DNA of 64,000 nucleotides from Eledone cirrhosa (lineage: Eukaryota): contig OZ024740.1 of the NCBI GenBank assembly GCA_964016885.1, positions 372,248,001 through 372,312,000 on the forward strand, given 5' to 3'. Made by a program: the position numbers and the translations under genes. Under the pieces are notes generated by a model, which made no database searches, was not told where the DNA came from, and worked only from the letters and a program-made list of their open reading frames with translations. Below, one piece after another: positions 46,478 through 59,610 of this stretch. Each line of letters opens with the position of its first letter. Positions within the stretch are counted from its first letter, which is position 1.

Positions 46478-48486
46478 GTGTGTTTGTAGCAGAGTAATTT
46501 GTGGTAGAGGGATGGTCAGTAGGAATGTGTCTGTACGTGTGTGGGGGATATTTTAACATGTTAAAATATATTTTTCAGCTCTTGTCTTATACGGAGAAGT
46601 GTGTGCGTGTGTGTGTATATGTCTCTTTGTATGTTAATGTACGCGTGTGTATGTGTGTGTGTATATATATATATGTGTATGTGTGTGTGAGAATGTGTGT
46701 GGGTGGACCAGTATTTTTGTGATACTGGTAAAAATGGTGTACATTATTCGATATTTTCAGTAAAAACGATTCTCTCAATAGAACATCAATAGAACATCTT
46801 GTTTTCAATAACAAACCCTACAGGCAGAAATCTGGGACCGCTATGGGAACGAAAACAGCCCGAACTTATACCAACCTAGTCATGGGATACCTGGAAATCA
46901 CCCTCTACACTAAAGTACTAAACAAATTTGGAAACACTCTCCACTTACACATAGAAAGGAACTGGAAGCGATATCTAGATGACTTCTTGATCCTTTGACA
47001 CGAAAACTTCGAGAAACTTAAAGAGTTCCACACCCTTATAAATGGGCTCAACACGAATATTAACTTCACGATGGAATACAGCCATCAACAACTCCCCTTC
47101 CTCGACATTCTCATTAAGATCCTTAACAAAAAATAGAAACAGACATATACTACAAGGCCACAGACTCCAAGCAATATCTTCCTTTCAACTCTTGCCACCC
47201 TAGACACGTTAAAAATAATATTCCCTACAACTTAGCCAAGATAATCTGTACTATAGTCTCCAATAAAAACACCTGCTACTTACGGCTACAAGAACTAAAG
47301 GACACACTCATAGGCAGGGACTGCCCTGCATCACTAATTGACAATGGAATCCAACGTGCCCTAAAACTCAGTACCCAGGAACTTAGACTCCCTAAAGTAA
47401 ATCAACCGAAACTAAAAGCTCTTCCATACATCTCCACACACAACCCGCTCAACAATGAGGCCTTTGACACCATCCTCCAGAACATCTCTGTGTTGAAAAA
47501 GGACCATAGAATGAACCAAATCCTACGAACACACGATATCATAAAGAGCAAAAGACAATCTAAGTCAATGAAAAACATCCTAACACATGCCAAAGTACTG
47601 CCAACAACAACAACGAAACCCACAGTAAACAAATGCGATAGACCCAACTGTGGCATATGCATCAACCTCATAGAAGGTTCGGAATTCTATTTAAAAGAAG
47701 GACAACGTTTTATAGTAAAACACAATTTCACATGCGCATCAGAAAATCTAATATATGTATTAACTTGCTCAGGTTGTCGAGAACAATACATAGGCCAGAC
47801 TAAACACAGCCTCCGCCAACGCATGACTGTCCATAGATCCCAAATTAAAATACGCGAATACAGGAAAATACCACTGAGTGAACACATTGATACCTGTGCC
47901 GCCCCAAATCATCCCAACTTCAGAATCTTTCCCCTCTACAAATTTAAAGATAATGCCACCCACACCCAGCGCATCAGCAAGGAATCTCACTTTATTAACA
48001 AATACGGAACCCGTCTAAACACTTCTCCCTAAGACGAACCCACAACATACACACGTCAACATACATACCTACATCAGCATACCTCTCTATCCACATATAA
48101 ACACAATGACATACGTAAACACACATGTTCTATGGTGCAACACAAATATACACAAATTTGCATACCTTTTGATGTCTATAGATATAAGCGTGCCGACACA
48201 CACACATACATATACGCACACATGCATTGCACACTGATGGGCACATACATATTTGTACACAAGTATTCCAATACGGCAAGGCCTAATCGATTCCCCTTGC
48301 AGTGTGTACAATCTGGACACACTCACACACACCTTGGTATTATGCCAATACTATATATCATTTCACACCTTTTATTATTAAGGTTTTTGATGTTCTATGG
48401 AGAGAATCGTTTTTACTGAAAATATCGAATAATGTACACCATTTTTACCAGTATCACAAAAATACTGGTCCACCCACACACATTCT

Positions 48487-48524
<38 letters not shown>

Positions 48525-49238
48525 CACACACACATATATATACACACACACATACACACGCGTACATTAACATACAAAGACACACACACACACACACACA
48601 CACACTTCTCCGTATAAGACAAGAGCTGAAAAATATCTTTTAACATGTTAAAATATCCCCCACACACGTACAGACACATTCCTACTGACCGATCCCTCTA
48701 CCACGAATTACTCTGCTACACACACACACACACACACTTGTCTTAATAGACATTTCAATTATCAACAGGCTGCGGTCCGCACACACATCCCTGCTGACCA
48801 TTATCAGAACAACGAACCTCTTTAATACTACTACACACACACACGCACATATTTGTCTTGAAAGACTTATTGTTCTGTGACTTCTCAATCAGCCGAGACA
48901 AACCTACTTTTGGCGCAGAATCAATTTTTAACATTCACAAGACCTCTACCGACTAATCAAAATTATTTTGACCACAAGTATTTTTTCATACATCTGGAGC
49001 CACCTTTTTTTTAACATAAAACAGGTAGAACCTCCAAAACTAATCAGATTAGAGCAAACATCACGGGCGCTCTATCTCAAAATTATTTTTGAAAAGCATT
49101 AGAAATGCTCAACCGGTAAAACTTAAAACCAAAACTGAATACTAACCAATAATATTACTAATTTTTACTTATTCCTAATTAAGCTATTTTTCACTGGGAA
49201 CAATTTGTCAGCATTTTCTTTTCCTTTTACCAATATAT
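45941..49238 (+). mobile_element. Neptune-type Penelope-like element: 5'-truncated RT plus GIY-YIG endonuclease, with an ~850-bp inverted pseudo-LTR (45941-46789 vs 48387-49238)
   Basis: RT motifs QKSGTAMG, WKRYLDD, NFTME, LPFLDILI and SCHPRHVKNNIP from ~46790. ORF 47490-48032 has a CDRPNCGIC linker and NLIYVLTCSGCREQYIGQT...RQRMTVH (GIY-YIG). The arms are reverse complements. Confidence 0.93.
47490..48032 (+). pseudogene. GIY-YIG endonuclease portion of the Neptune-type PLE ORF (upstream RT portion carries stops and frameshifts)
   Basis: LIY...YIG motif, conserved R and H, and catalytic-type E in KESHFI. Confidence 0.85.
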
Positions 49239-49699
49239 ATATATATGTGTGTAAATATATATATATATATATACAAACATATATATATGTATATGTGTTT
49301 AATTTGACCGATCATCAGCCGGGTGATCATGCAAAGAAATGAGATAATGCGTATAAGTAGAGCGTTACTTGTTATTTTCGTCATCATTTGTATACTCATT
49401 CCTCCATTAACTGTTAAGCAAATACTGTTGATACTTATTCCTGCCACTCGACTGATTATTATTTTAAACCTAGAGTGTATTTTAGTTATTAGATCCAGTA
49501 TTTTATGTATTTTGTTGTACTTGTATTTCAAATGCATGTATTAAAAGTAATAGCTAGATTAATTTATCTTGGACGTTGACCCCAAAATATCGATTTATTT
49601 ATCTATAATACGGTAATTTTGAAGTTCCCTGACAATGTATTCATAGATGACATTCTACTGGTATGCACACACCTTATCATCTGATCTTCTATTGAAAAG

Positions 49700-49840
49700 G
49701 TCATGTGATCTACTGGTTACGATGTTGGTCTCACAATTATCTCGTTGGTTTGATCCCTGACTGATTGGTGCGATGTTCCCTTAAGCATAGCACTTCATTT
49801 CATGTTATCCTAAGCTACCCTGCTGAAAATGAGAACTACC
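49700..49840 (+). mobile_element. Degenerate CORE-type SINE
   Basis: gatctactggtta (A-box-like), ggtttgatccc (B-box-like) and cccttaagcatagcacttcatttc (CORE-like). Confidence 0.5.
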
Positions 49841-49850
49841 AACAACTGGG

Positions 49851-49959
<109 letters not shown>

Positions 49960-49973
49960 TTTACGTATATTAT

Positions 49974-50017
49974 TAAAAAGGAAAAGAAAATGCTGCAGCA
50001 TTTTCTTTTCCTTTTTA
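49974..50017. repeat. Perfect 44-bp palindrome made of two Neptune-type PLE 3' tips
   Basis: taaaaaggaaaagaaaatgctg|cagcattttcttttccttttta. The right arm continues ctaatatatcacaactcgtgtgtcac, the same terminus seen inverted at 54335-54386. Confidence 0.88.
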
Positions 50018-50305
50018 CTAATATATCACAACTCGTGTGTCACACCACCTCTACTTGTTTTAAATATATACGTATATATATAGCTTAATCAGCTCTTAAA
50101 CATCACTGGAATTCTAAAATAATCCACCTTCTATAAGTCTCGGCAGAAGTGAAGGGATATGCAGCCTTTATAATCGCTAATGAGCGAGAAAGAGCTGTCG
50201 GTTGTTTCTCTTTGTTTTTGCCGAGACTAAGAAAGTGACATAGTTACTACTTTAAAATTCATAGCGAATGGTTTTCAAATATATGTGTTTGTGTGTGTGT
50301 GTGAA

Positions 50306-50724
50306 CTAGCGTTCGTCGCCATTCTATCTCTCTCTCTATCTTGTACCTCTCTCTGTATAACGACCTATCTCACTCTCTCTCTACATCTCACTTTCTCTCT
50401 TTAGATGTATATGTATATGTGTGTGTGTGTGTGATATATATATAGAGAGAGTTGCAACATGTATGTAGTTTCATAGATCTTTTAAGGTAGTAGTGAGAGG
50501 AATTAAGCGTGTAACAGAGAGGGTTACAGCATGTATTTAATTTTATCGATTCTTTTTCATAGAAGCAGGACATTTTTGGCAAAGTTTATTATGCGTTGAC
50601 CATCCTTGGTAAATTTGTAGCACATTTGAAAAAAAATCATCAAAATCGGTAGCGAAATGTGGAAATGTATAAATATCATACACACACAGAGACAGACATC
50701 TTCCGTTTTATATATATATATAGA
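50306..50724 (-). mobile_element. Non-autonomous Helitron
   Basis: Minus strand starts A|TCTATATATATATATAAAACGGAAGATGTCTGTC and ends CTAG|T, consistent with AT-site insertion and no TSD. The 5' end resembles that of 61550-62021. Confidence 0.7.
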
Positions 50725-51404
50725 TAATAACATGTATGATAAACTATATAACTTCGCTAAATTAACAATATTCTGAAAACATTTTCAATGTTGGAACAAA
50801 ATATTCGAATCTACAAATTGTTCTCCTCTTACAACTTGAACTACCTGTTTTTTATGTAAAATGCAAAATCAACTTCCTTCGTAACTCATATTAGAAATGT
50901 AAACAACTAATAATTGTAAATTATTTCTATTTCTATAATACTTATACATGCACAATTATTAATCTATATAGATATTTATATACTTACAACCTATTGTAAT
51001 GTAATAAGATAAAATCAACTTAAAACCATAATTCTTCATATAATTTAATTGATTATATATGAAATATTATAACTCATAAGATAGCTAAATAAATTTAAAT
51101 TCTGGAATCATATTCCACCATTCCCGCAAATTGTTAATTCCTTTTAAATTAACGTAAATACAAGCTCTTCTTTCTTTTTTCTTCTTCTTCCTACTCATAC
51201 ATACATATATCCTAATATATTTCAATTCTGCATAGCGTCTAAAATAACGTTTTTTCAGTCCTATACCTCAACCTCATTCGCATACTCATCTTAATAATTT
51301 GAAATATCTGACTCCTCTTCTCTTTTCCCTTCACTATCCAAGAAAAACTTGAACCGTTAAGGTATCTTTTCTTGGTTATGTCAAAATTTATAAAACAAAC
51401 TTTG

Positions 51405-51464
51405 TATTATATCTGATGAAAGCGTACCAAATGTTGGTACCCTTGAAATATATATAATATAATA
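51405..51464 (+). ncRNA. Type I hammerhead ribozyme motif (canonical core)
   Basis: tattatat CTGATGA aagcGTACCAAatgTTGGTACcctt GAAA tatata TA atataata: 8-bp stem I. Related to the 63791-64000 copies. Confidence 0.8.
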
Positions 51465-51506
51465 AATATGGTTTTATAAATATAGTTTCCATTTATTTAA
51501 TGTCAT

Positions 51507-51544
<38 letters not shown>

Positions 51545-51667
51545 GGAGGTGAGTTTTATTGTAGTACAATAAAGCAATGCAGATATCGGATAAGAAGCAC
51601 TCTACAGTTTGTGGGACTGGAGTATGCATAATATAAGATCAAAAGATGGTTAAAGGAGTTCCATATA

Positions 51668-51734
51668 TTTTATTATGCGCATTTCAAAAACAAACATCAT
51701 CAAGCAATAATATTTGTGTTTTCATCAGATAAAA
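51668..51734 (-). ncRNA. Type I hammerhead motif in the left inverted pLTR
   Basis: Reverse complement of 54183-54249. Confidence 0.78.
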
Positions 51735-54182
51735 CAGGAGAACATGATATGAAGGCTAAAAAACAATTGTTGATAGTGCAGTTTTAAATCAACATATGAA
51801 AAGTGGTTTTAGATTGATGTGTGATATTGGGAAAAATATTTTATTTAGAGAAGGGGGGGGGGGATGGAAAGGGAAGGAGATGAGAGGGAGAGATGGGTGA
51901 TAGAGAGAAAGAGATAGTTTTTATAACTGAGAGGAGATATATTTTTACATAGAGGGGTTGAAAACCGTTGGAAGATACTGTATAAATTAAAAATTTTGAA
52001 AATTAACGAAGGGAGGATATGTGCGAGGAAAAAATATTTTATTTAGGGAGGGGGGGGGGGGGTGCAAAGGATGAAAAAAAAAACTTTAAATCTAACCATC
52101 CTACCAATATCAAGAATGCTATAGTTAATAATATTGGAAATAGAATATCTAACATATCTTCTAATAAAAACATCTTTGATGCTAACGCCAATTACTATAA
52201 TAACGCACTTTCTAAAGCCGGCTATCCAGATAAAATCAAATATAATAAAGAAACAAATTCTAGGAAAACTTACAGTAGAATAATTAATCATGACCATTCC
52301 AATAATTTTAATAAAAGACCTAGATACAAAAACATAATCTGGTATAATGCTCCTTTCTCCATCTCTATTAATAACAATATTCCTAAATTATTTTTTAGTG
52401 CCTTAAATAAATGCTTCCCTCCCTCACATATCTATAGTAAAATATTTAACAAACACACCATCAAATTTTCGTATTCTACATCCTCCAATATTTCCAACAT
52501 CATCTCTAAACACAACAACAAAATATTAAATACTAAATCTCTTCCTTCCAATATCGAATTTCATAATAACAGTAATAGTACTCCCGACGTCATTGTAAAC
52601 CCTAGGCTAACTTCTGTAAACCCAAATACAACGTCAAACACAACTTCGCTAAATGTTCATAATCCAACTCTAAATCAAGAAACTATTATTCCTATTATTC
52701 CTATCGCAAACAACTTCTCCAATCCAATTCCTTCTATAGATAACACTAGATCACTCATTAATAATCTCTCTAATTGCAACTGCCGCATCAAAAATAAATG
52801 TCCTCTCAACAACCATTGCCTCGATAAAAACTTAATTTATGAATGTAAAATTATAACTAGCACCAATTCCTTCACCTATTTTGGCTCCACTTACACCTCT
52901 TTTAAAGCTCGTCTCTATAATCATCATTCATCTTTCAAATACAAACTTAAAAGAACTAACACTGCTCTCTCAGAACTCATATGGTCCTTAAAAGACAAAA
53001 ACATTAAATATAACATCTTTTGGAAAAAGATTTCTTCTGCATCCTCATACTTGAACAGCTCTCTATCTAAAATCTGTAATCTCTGCCTAAATGAAAAATT
53101 TACCATTATCTCTAACCTAGATTCTATAATAAACAGACGCTCAGATTTGTTTTCTATCTGCCTGCATAAATTCCATAGAACTTTTCACAAAGTATACAGT
53201 CAATATTCAATTCTTTATCAATTTAGAATCTTTTCTCAAAGGCACATATACATACACCTCTTTAAAATATACCCATCTACCTTACCTTACTTTAAAGGGC
53301 ATTATACACTCTATAATACTCGTTTACTCATTACCCTCATTCTATCTTCTCGTAAAATAATAACATTTGTTTTTGACATTTTGAATATTCATCCGCAATC
53401 ATTATTATTTTTTCTCTCTATCATAAATCTTTTTAATCTCAATTTCATCCTTAATTTATTATTATTTTTTTCTCCCCATCAACGAACTCATTATTAATAC
53501 ATATCAATTCGATATACAAACTTTAACTTCACATTATTTTTCTCAAATCCTTCTACACGCAAACCATAACAATTTTTCTCTTCGCTAATTTTGAAATTGC
53601 CACAATACATACATTTCTTCTTTTGACGTTAGAATATTCACCCACAATTATTATTTTTTTCTCTCTATCTTCATACATAATTTCCCTTCGTTAATTTTCA
53701 AATTCCTTTAATTTATACATTATCTTCCAACGGTTCCCAACCTCTCTATATTAAAACAATATATCTTTTTCTCAGTTATAAAAACTATCTCTTTCTCTCT
53801 ATCACCCATCTCTCCCTCTCCACCTTCACTCTCATCTCCCCCCACCCTTTTTTTTTCACCCCCCCCCCGCCTAAATAAAATACTTTTTCCTCGCACATAT
53901 CCTCCCTTCGTTAATTTTCAAAATTTTTAATTTATACAGTATCTTCCAACGGTTTTCAACCCCTCTATGTAAAAATATATCTCCTCTCAGTTATAAAAAC
54001 TATCTCTTTCTCTCTATCACCCATCTCTCCCTCTCATCTCCTTCCCTTTTCATCCTCCCCCCCCCTCTCTAAATAAAATATTTTTCCCAATATCACACAT
54101 CAATCTAAAACCACTTTTCATATGTTGATTTAAAACTGCACTATCAACAAGTGTTTTTTAGCCTTCATATCATGTTCTCCTG

Positions 54183-54249
54183 TTTTATCTGATGAAAACA
54201 CAAATATTATTGCTTGATGATGTTTGTTTTTGAAATGCGCATAATAAAA
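54183..54249 (+). ncRNA. Type I hammerhead motif in the right pLTR
   Basis: ttttat CTGATGA aaacACAAATATtattgcttgatGATGTTTGTtttt GAAA tgcgca TA ataaaa. Confidence 0.78.
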
Positions 54250-54281
54250 TATATGGAACTCCTTTAACCATCTTTTGATCT

Positions 54282-54324
<43 letters not shown>

Positions 54325-54334
54325 AAAAGATAGA

Positions 54335-55025
54335 CGTGTGACACACGAGTTGTGATATATTAGTAAAAGAGAAAAGAAAATGCTGACAAATTTTTCCCAG
54401 TGAAAAATAGTTTAATTAGGAATAAATATAAATTAGTAATACGTATTGGTTAGTATTCAGTTTTAGTTTTAAGTGTTTACCGGTTGCGCATTTCTAATGC
54501 TTTTCAAAAATAATTTTGAGATAGAGCGCTCGTGATGTTTGCCCTAATCTGAAAACTGTACTGAACTAAGTTAATCCTAATCATATGAAAGCTAGTAAAC
54601 AGCGTTGTCAATTCTCTGTCAATGATTCTGTGAGAGGTTTTACAATATAAGTAAAGGAATAGGGCGTAAATTGTTATTTAAATAAGAACTTATTCTATAT
54701 TATAGAATGTAATGCAGGCTAATTACATATTTATCTTTAGTTTTACGACTCGAAAATGTAATCTAGGGTCTACAAAGTAGGTGATTAGCTCCGATGTCTG
54801 CTAGGATTAGGCAGATAATATATAAAAGTACAGTTTTCAGATTAGAGCAAACATCACGAGCGCTCTATCTCAAAATTATTTTTGAAAAGCATTAGAAATG
54901 CGCAACCGGTAAAAACTTAAAACCAAAACTTAATACTAACCAATACTTATTACTAATTTATACTTATTCCTAATTAAACTATTTTTCACTGGGAAAAATT
55001 TCTCAGCATTTTCTTTTCCTTTTTA

Positions 55026-55030
<5 letters not shown>
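54335..55030. mobile_element. Head-to-head pair of Neptune-family PLE 3' ends without ORF (arms ~54350-54560 and 54827-55030)
   Basis: The arms match 49045-49238. The internal 54550-54825 has an inverted copy at 58225-58500. Bounded by (TA)n. Confidence 0.8.
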
Positions 55031-55063
<33 letters not shown>

Positions 55064-56151
55064 AATTATATGAATTATAAGAATCAAAGAACTGTTCAAA
55101 ACATTTTTATGCTTACAAATGTTTCCTCCAAACTGAGGTTTGGAATCTTCGGAGCAATTTATTATTGAATGAACACATATATGACCTTCTTTAATTTAGA
55201 ATTCTCGCTCGTCGTGTATAATATTCATTTGTGGCACTCTACGATGGGGGTTAATCACCATAATAAGAACACATTCAGCACAACCTAATAGACTACTCTA
55301 TAGTTAAAACACTTTAAATTTTAGAAATGTTTTAGAAATTGCGCATAACCATATAAGGTAGGGTCTACTTTGAGACACAATTTAATAGTTAGTAATAGAA
55401 ACCACGGAGTTACCTCCCCTCATGCATTAACTCCCCTTAGCCACACACACACTTCCGGGTAGTATTTCGATGTCGATTCTCGAAACGTAACATCCTCCTG
55501 TATTGAGTTAAAGAACATCAGACTACGATTCTCTAACTGGATTGTCAAACGCCCAATATCGAATCGTCGTGGATTATGTGAGGGGCATATAATCTGAAAA
55601 ATACGCTCCCCAGACTATGAAAATGTCGAAGTGCATGAAATCCATATCATCGCTTTGCTGCGCGTTTCCAATATTTTTAATGCTTACACTATTTTTAATA
55701 CTTATATTATTTCTCCACACAGACTATAACAATCATATAAAGAATTCGTCACCAAATCAACCACCCTAACACTCTCGATTACCTGCTTAAGTGCTTCTAC
55801 TACACGTAACTCTCTGCCACACTATATAAACAAAACGCACGTGCTTGCCACACATATAACCTTTGCACTATATAACCGCTTAATTTCATGTTGTATTTTA
55901 ACCTGTATTTTTGATTGTATCTTTTAATATGAATGTAATCTCTAAGTGTGTACTGCCACTCTAAATGCTATAATGAATGTTGACCCACAATATTTGCATA
56001 TGTATCTGTATGTCTCTTGGGTGAAAAGGAGGTCATATAAGTGTTCATTCAATAATAAATTGCTCCGAAAAATCCAAACCTCGGTTTGGAGGAAACAGTT
56101 GTAAGCATAATAATGTTTTGAACAGTTCTTTGATTCTTATAATTCATATAA
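55064..56151. mobile_element. Element with ~125-bp inverted termini (55064-55192 vs 56025-56151), each carrying a hammerhead motif; probable PLE remnant
   Basis: The arms are reverse complements. tgct CCGAAGA ttccaaacctcagtttggag GAAA catttg TA agca at 55110-55156 (minus), and a CCGAAAA copy at 56061-56107 (plus). Confidence 0.75.
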
Positions 56152-56310
56152 CTGCTCTGTAAATCATCTGATGTTTTTACATTGAGCTATTTAACTTACT
56201 GGTAATAAGGTAGTAATATATTACTGCCTACCACTATTTAGGGTTTATATAAAAATATATATAACTGCAAAAGGTTTTTGTATTTACATAACCATAAATA
56301 GTATAATTAA

Positions 56311-56350
<40 letters not shown>

Positions 56351-56674
56351 CACACATATACAGATGTCAAGTGTGTTCGCGGGGATGGGTGTATATCGGT
56401 GTGATTGTATATGTGCTCTGACAGACAGAGCATATGTGAAGTTGACAGCAGTGTGACGAGAACTGAGAGCCTCTGTGTTTGTGTGTGTATGTCAGTGTGT
56501 GTATGTCAGCGTGTGTATGTGTGTGTGTGTATGTTAGTGTGTGTATGTCAGTGTATGTATATGCGTGTGTGTATAAATATATACCATTCAAATTTATATA
56601 TATGTACATATTCGTACACACAAACATTCATACACATATATAAAAAGGCATTGTTTTGAGTGAAAACGACAGTG

Positions 56675-56955
56675 GCGCACGCATATATTTCACGACTTCC
56701 CATGTCATGAATATGGTCAAGGGTAGCAACCAGACGAAGAGTCTTAAGGAATACGGCCAGGCATTACTTACGACGTTACAACAATGCAGCTACTAACCTC
56801 AAGACCCCGAAGGATGAAGGCCAATATAGACATCAGTTGGGATAGAACCATCAAGAGGTATAAAACGTCCTTCTGTATTTCCTCATGAATCTTCGTTTTG
56901 TTGTTAGATTTGACCATATTCATGACATGGGAAGCCGTGATTTGCATGCGTGTAC
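56675..56955. repeat. Imperfect long hairpin / MITE-like inverted repeat
   Basis: tcacgacttcccatgtcatgaatatggtcaa (56690-56720) pairs with ttgaccatattcatgacatgggaagccgtga (56910-56940). Confidence 0.75.
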
Positions 56956-57262
56956 CAATATTAGCCTCATATATAATTAATTCTGCAATTAATATCTATT
57001 GAAGTCCCCTGGGCCTTGCATCATATTTGGCGATGAAGCTGGGTCATTGAAATATGTATAGTATTTTTGCGGAATAAAAATTATAAAGTTTCCAGTCCGG
57101 CCTTCTGTTGCTGTCGTTATTTCATTCCGCTCCCGCAGCAACCACTGGATACTGCAATTACGATGAATGATTAGCTTAAAGTCGAGTGCTTTAATTTATT
57201 GCGTCATCGTTTACTAACCTGAATCACCAGTTCCACCCACTGGTAAACAACGTAACATAAAT

Positions 57263-57337
<75 letters not shown>

Positions 57338-57398
57338 TAGAAAGTGAGGTTTTTTTTACAAAATGAAAAATAACCGAGGTGTCCTACACGAGTGAAAG

Positions 57399-57625
57399 TA
57401 TAAAGAAAAAGAGATGAAATCGAAAATGCAACTGGAGTCTTATTTAAAAAAAATATATATATATTTATTTGGTTCCTTATAGATGTGAGAAAAACCACAG
57501 ACGCTCCATCTCAACTCACCTTTTGAAAAGCAGAAGAACTGCGAAACCGGTAAAGGAACCAAATAAATATATATATTTAAAAAAAAAATAAGACTCCAGT
57601 TGCATTTTCGATTTCATCTCTTCTT

Positions 57626-57632
<7 letters not shown>
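57399..57632. mobile_element. Head-to-head PLE 3'-end pair (~80-bp arms) enclosing a hammerhead
   Basis: 57399-57479 is the reverse complement of 57551-57632. Abuts (TA)n. Confidence 0.75.
57519..57556 (+). ncRNA. Minimal type I hammerhead with compensatory U3-A8 core
   Basis: cctt TTGAAAA GCAGaagaaCTGC GAAA ccgg TA aagg. Confidence 0.7.
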
Positions 57633-57663
<31 letters not shown>

Positions 57664-57784
57664 GTTATTCCGGGTTGAATCGGAGGTAACCACAGTAAGT
57701 AAGGTACTCAATACATAGCAGAGTATAATAGTTTTAATATAGAAGAGATTCTACAGGACTAGAACTGTTTCATTCATTAGAAAT

Positions 57785-57850
<66 letters not shown>

Positions 57851-58224
57851 GTATTCAGATGATGGAATATTATACTCAATTCTATGTTTAATAAACGATG
57901 TTCTGCACGGATAAAATTGATGATAAAAAATTGAGATAGGATATACTTTTTTATGTATTTGATCATAGGTATTTATAAATTTCCATATGGAGAAGTACTA
58001 AAAGTATACTGAAAAGCATGGTTTGACTTTATCTGGAAACGACGAATAATTTAGACAAAAAAAACTAAGTATTGGCTATTGCAATAAAAATAACTTTATT
58101 GCGCTGAGATATATTGCAATCAGTCAAAGCGAACCATTTGTGACGGGATAAATTGATTTTCTTCACATTTGACTGCACTATTATGCACTTTTGCCAAATG
58201 GCTGATAAAACATTAATGACAGAT

Positions 58225-58500
58225 TTATATATTATCTGCCTAATCCTAGCAGACATCGGAGCTAATCACCTACATTGTAGATCCTAGATTACATTTTCGA
58301 GTCGTAAAACTAAAGATAAATATGTAATTAGCCTGTATTACATTCTATAATATAGAATAAGTTCTTATTTAAATAACAATTTAGGCCCTATTCCTTTACT
58401 TATATTGTAAAACCTCTCACAGAATCATTGACAGAGAATTGACAACGCTGTTTACTAGGTCACATATGATTAGGATTAACTTGGTTCAGTACAGTTTTCA
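58225..58500 (+). repeat. Inverted copy of 54550-54825 (likely PLE pLTR-internal sequence)
   Basis: Near-identical reverse complement. A weaker third copy lies at ~59740-59810. Confidence 0.85.
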
Positions 58501-58870
58501 ACTGTTTTGCACACAGGCAATGCACTACATCATTTAATTTGGAAAATTCAATTGTAAATATAACTGAAAAATCGTAAACGTAAATTATTAAACGCAAGAT
58601 GTTCTGCAAGCAACAATTATTCCTGTATCTTGCGCGACAAGTGCAAATGAATCTAACGGAACATATATTTCTCTAAGCCTTTTACTCTCATGAGTAAAAG
58701 TGCTTACTAACGTACTCAAGGTCACACTAAAGTATAATTGTTTCAAGCAGCAAAAAAATGGATAACACTTTATTGACATGACTAGGTTGGCATTATAGTT
58801 TGCGAAGATATTCTTGAATATTTGTGCTATTCAGATATACATACAAATTCACACATGTGTAATTCGCTTG

Positions 58871-58923
<53 letters not shown>

Positions 58924-58944
58924 TATATATATATAAATATATAC

Positions 58945-59610
58945 ATATAGGAAAAAGTATGACCCCGACGGCAGAGCTCAAGCCGTTTCCACGGCTATTT
59001 CTAGACTAAATTAGAATTTTTAGCCTGGTGAATAAATAGCCGAAGGTTGTAGTTGTCAAGAGGATTGGTCAAAATTTGTTGTAAACACAAATAAGTCTAT
59101 CATGGTATTTGGTGGGTGGTAGAGGTGGCTGAACTTGCCTGTAGAACAATGAGGGAGTGAGTGGAGCCGGTCAAGCGTTGAAAGTGATATGTATAAAGCA
59201 GATTCTAAGGATAGTGTATGAAAAGTCGAAAAAATGTTATGGAGAAAAAGGAGGAGGGAAGTTATAGAATAGGTAATTCAAATGAGAGTAGGAGACAATA
59301 AACAATAATAGAAAGAAATATAAAAAAATATATAAAATTAGATAGTGAGAAATGAATAAAAAACGCAAAACAGTAGGGTCTAGAAACAGCTGCTATGAAA
59401 AGTGAGGGTTGCTTGTACGGCCAAAGCTATAGAAAAGGTCAATAAGTTGAGAATGGAAAATACTAAATAAGAAATTGTAGAAGTTAGTAGTGAAAAAATA
59501 TTTCTTATTTATTTTATATTTCTTTCTATTATTTAAAAATTCTAATCTAGTCCAGAAATAGCCGTCGAAACGGCTTGAGCTCTGTCGTCGGGGTCATACT
59601 TTTCCCTATT
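58945..59610. mobile_element. Element with ~75-bp inverted termini (58945-59022 vs 59535-59610), same family as 44588-44687
   Basis: ggaaaaagtatgaccccgacggcagagctcaagccgtttc... pairs with ...gaaacggcttgagctctgtcgtcggggtcatacttttccc. Confidence 0.7.

Larger units (their letters stand above)
51628..54289 (+). mobile_element. Hydra-type Penelope-like element: 5'-truncated ORF (thumb, linker, GIY-YIG) with an inverted pseudo-LTR (51628-~52083 vs ~53848-54289)
   Basis: ORF 52019-53497 (PLE-like from ~52085): SNHPTNIK, IIWYNAPFS, KIFNKHTIKFSYS, CNCRIKNKCPLNNHC (CxCx5Cx5C), LIYEC...YFGST...FKARLYNH and CNLCLNEK...CLH. The arms are reverse complements, and there is a tandem duplication in the 3' UTR (~53680-53880 and 53900-54085). 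Confidence 0.9.
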
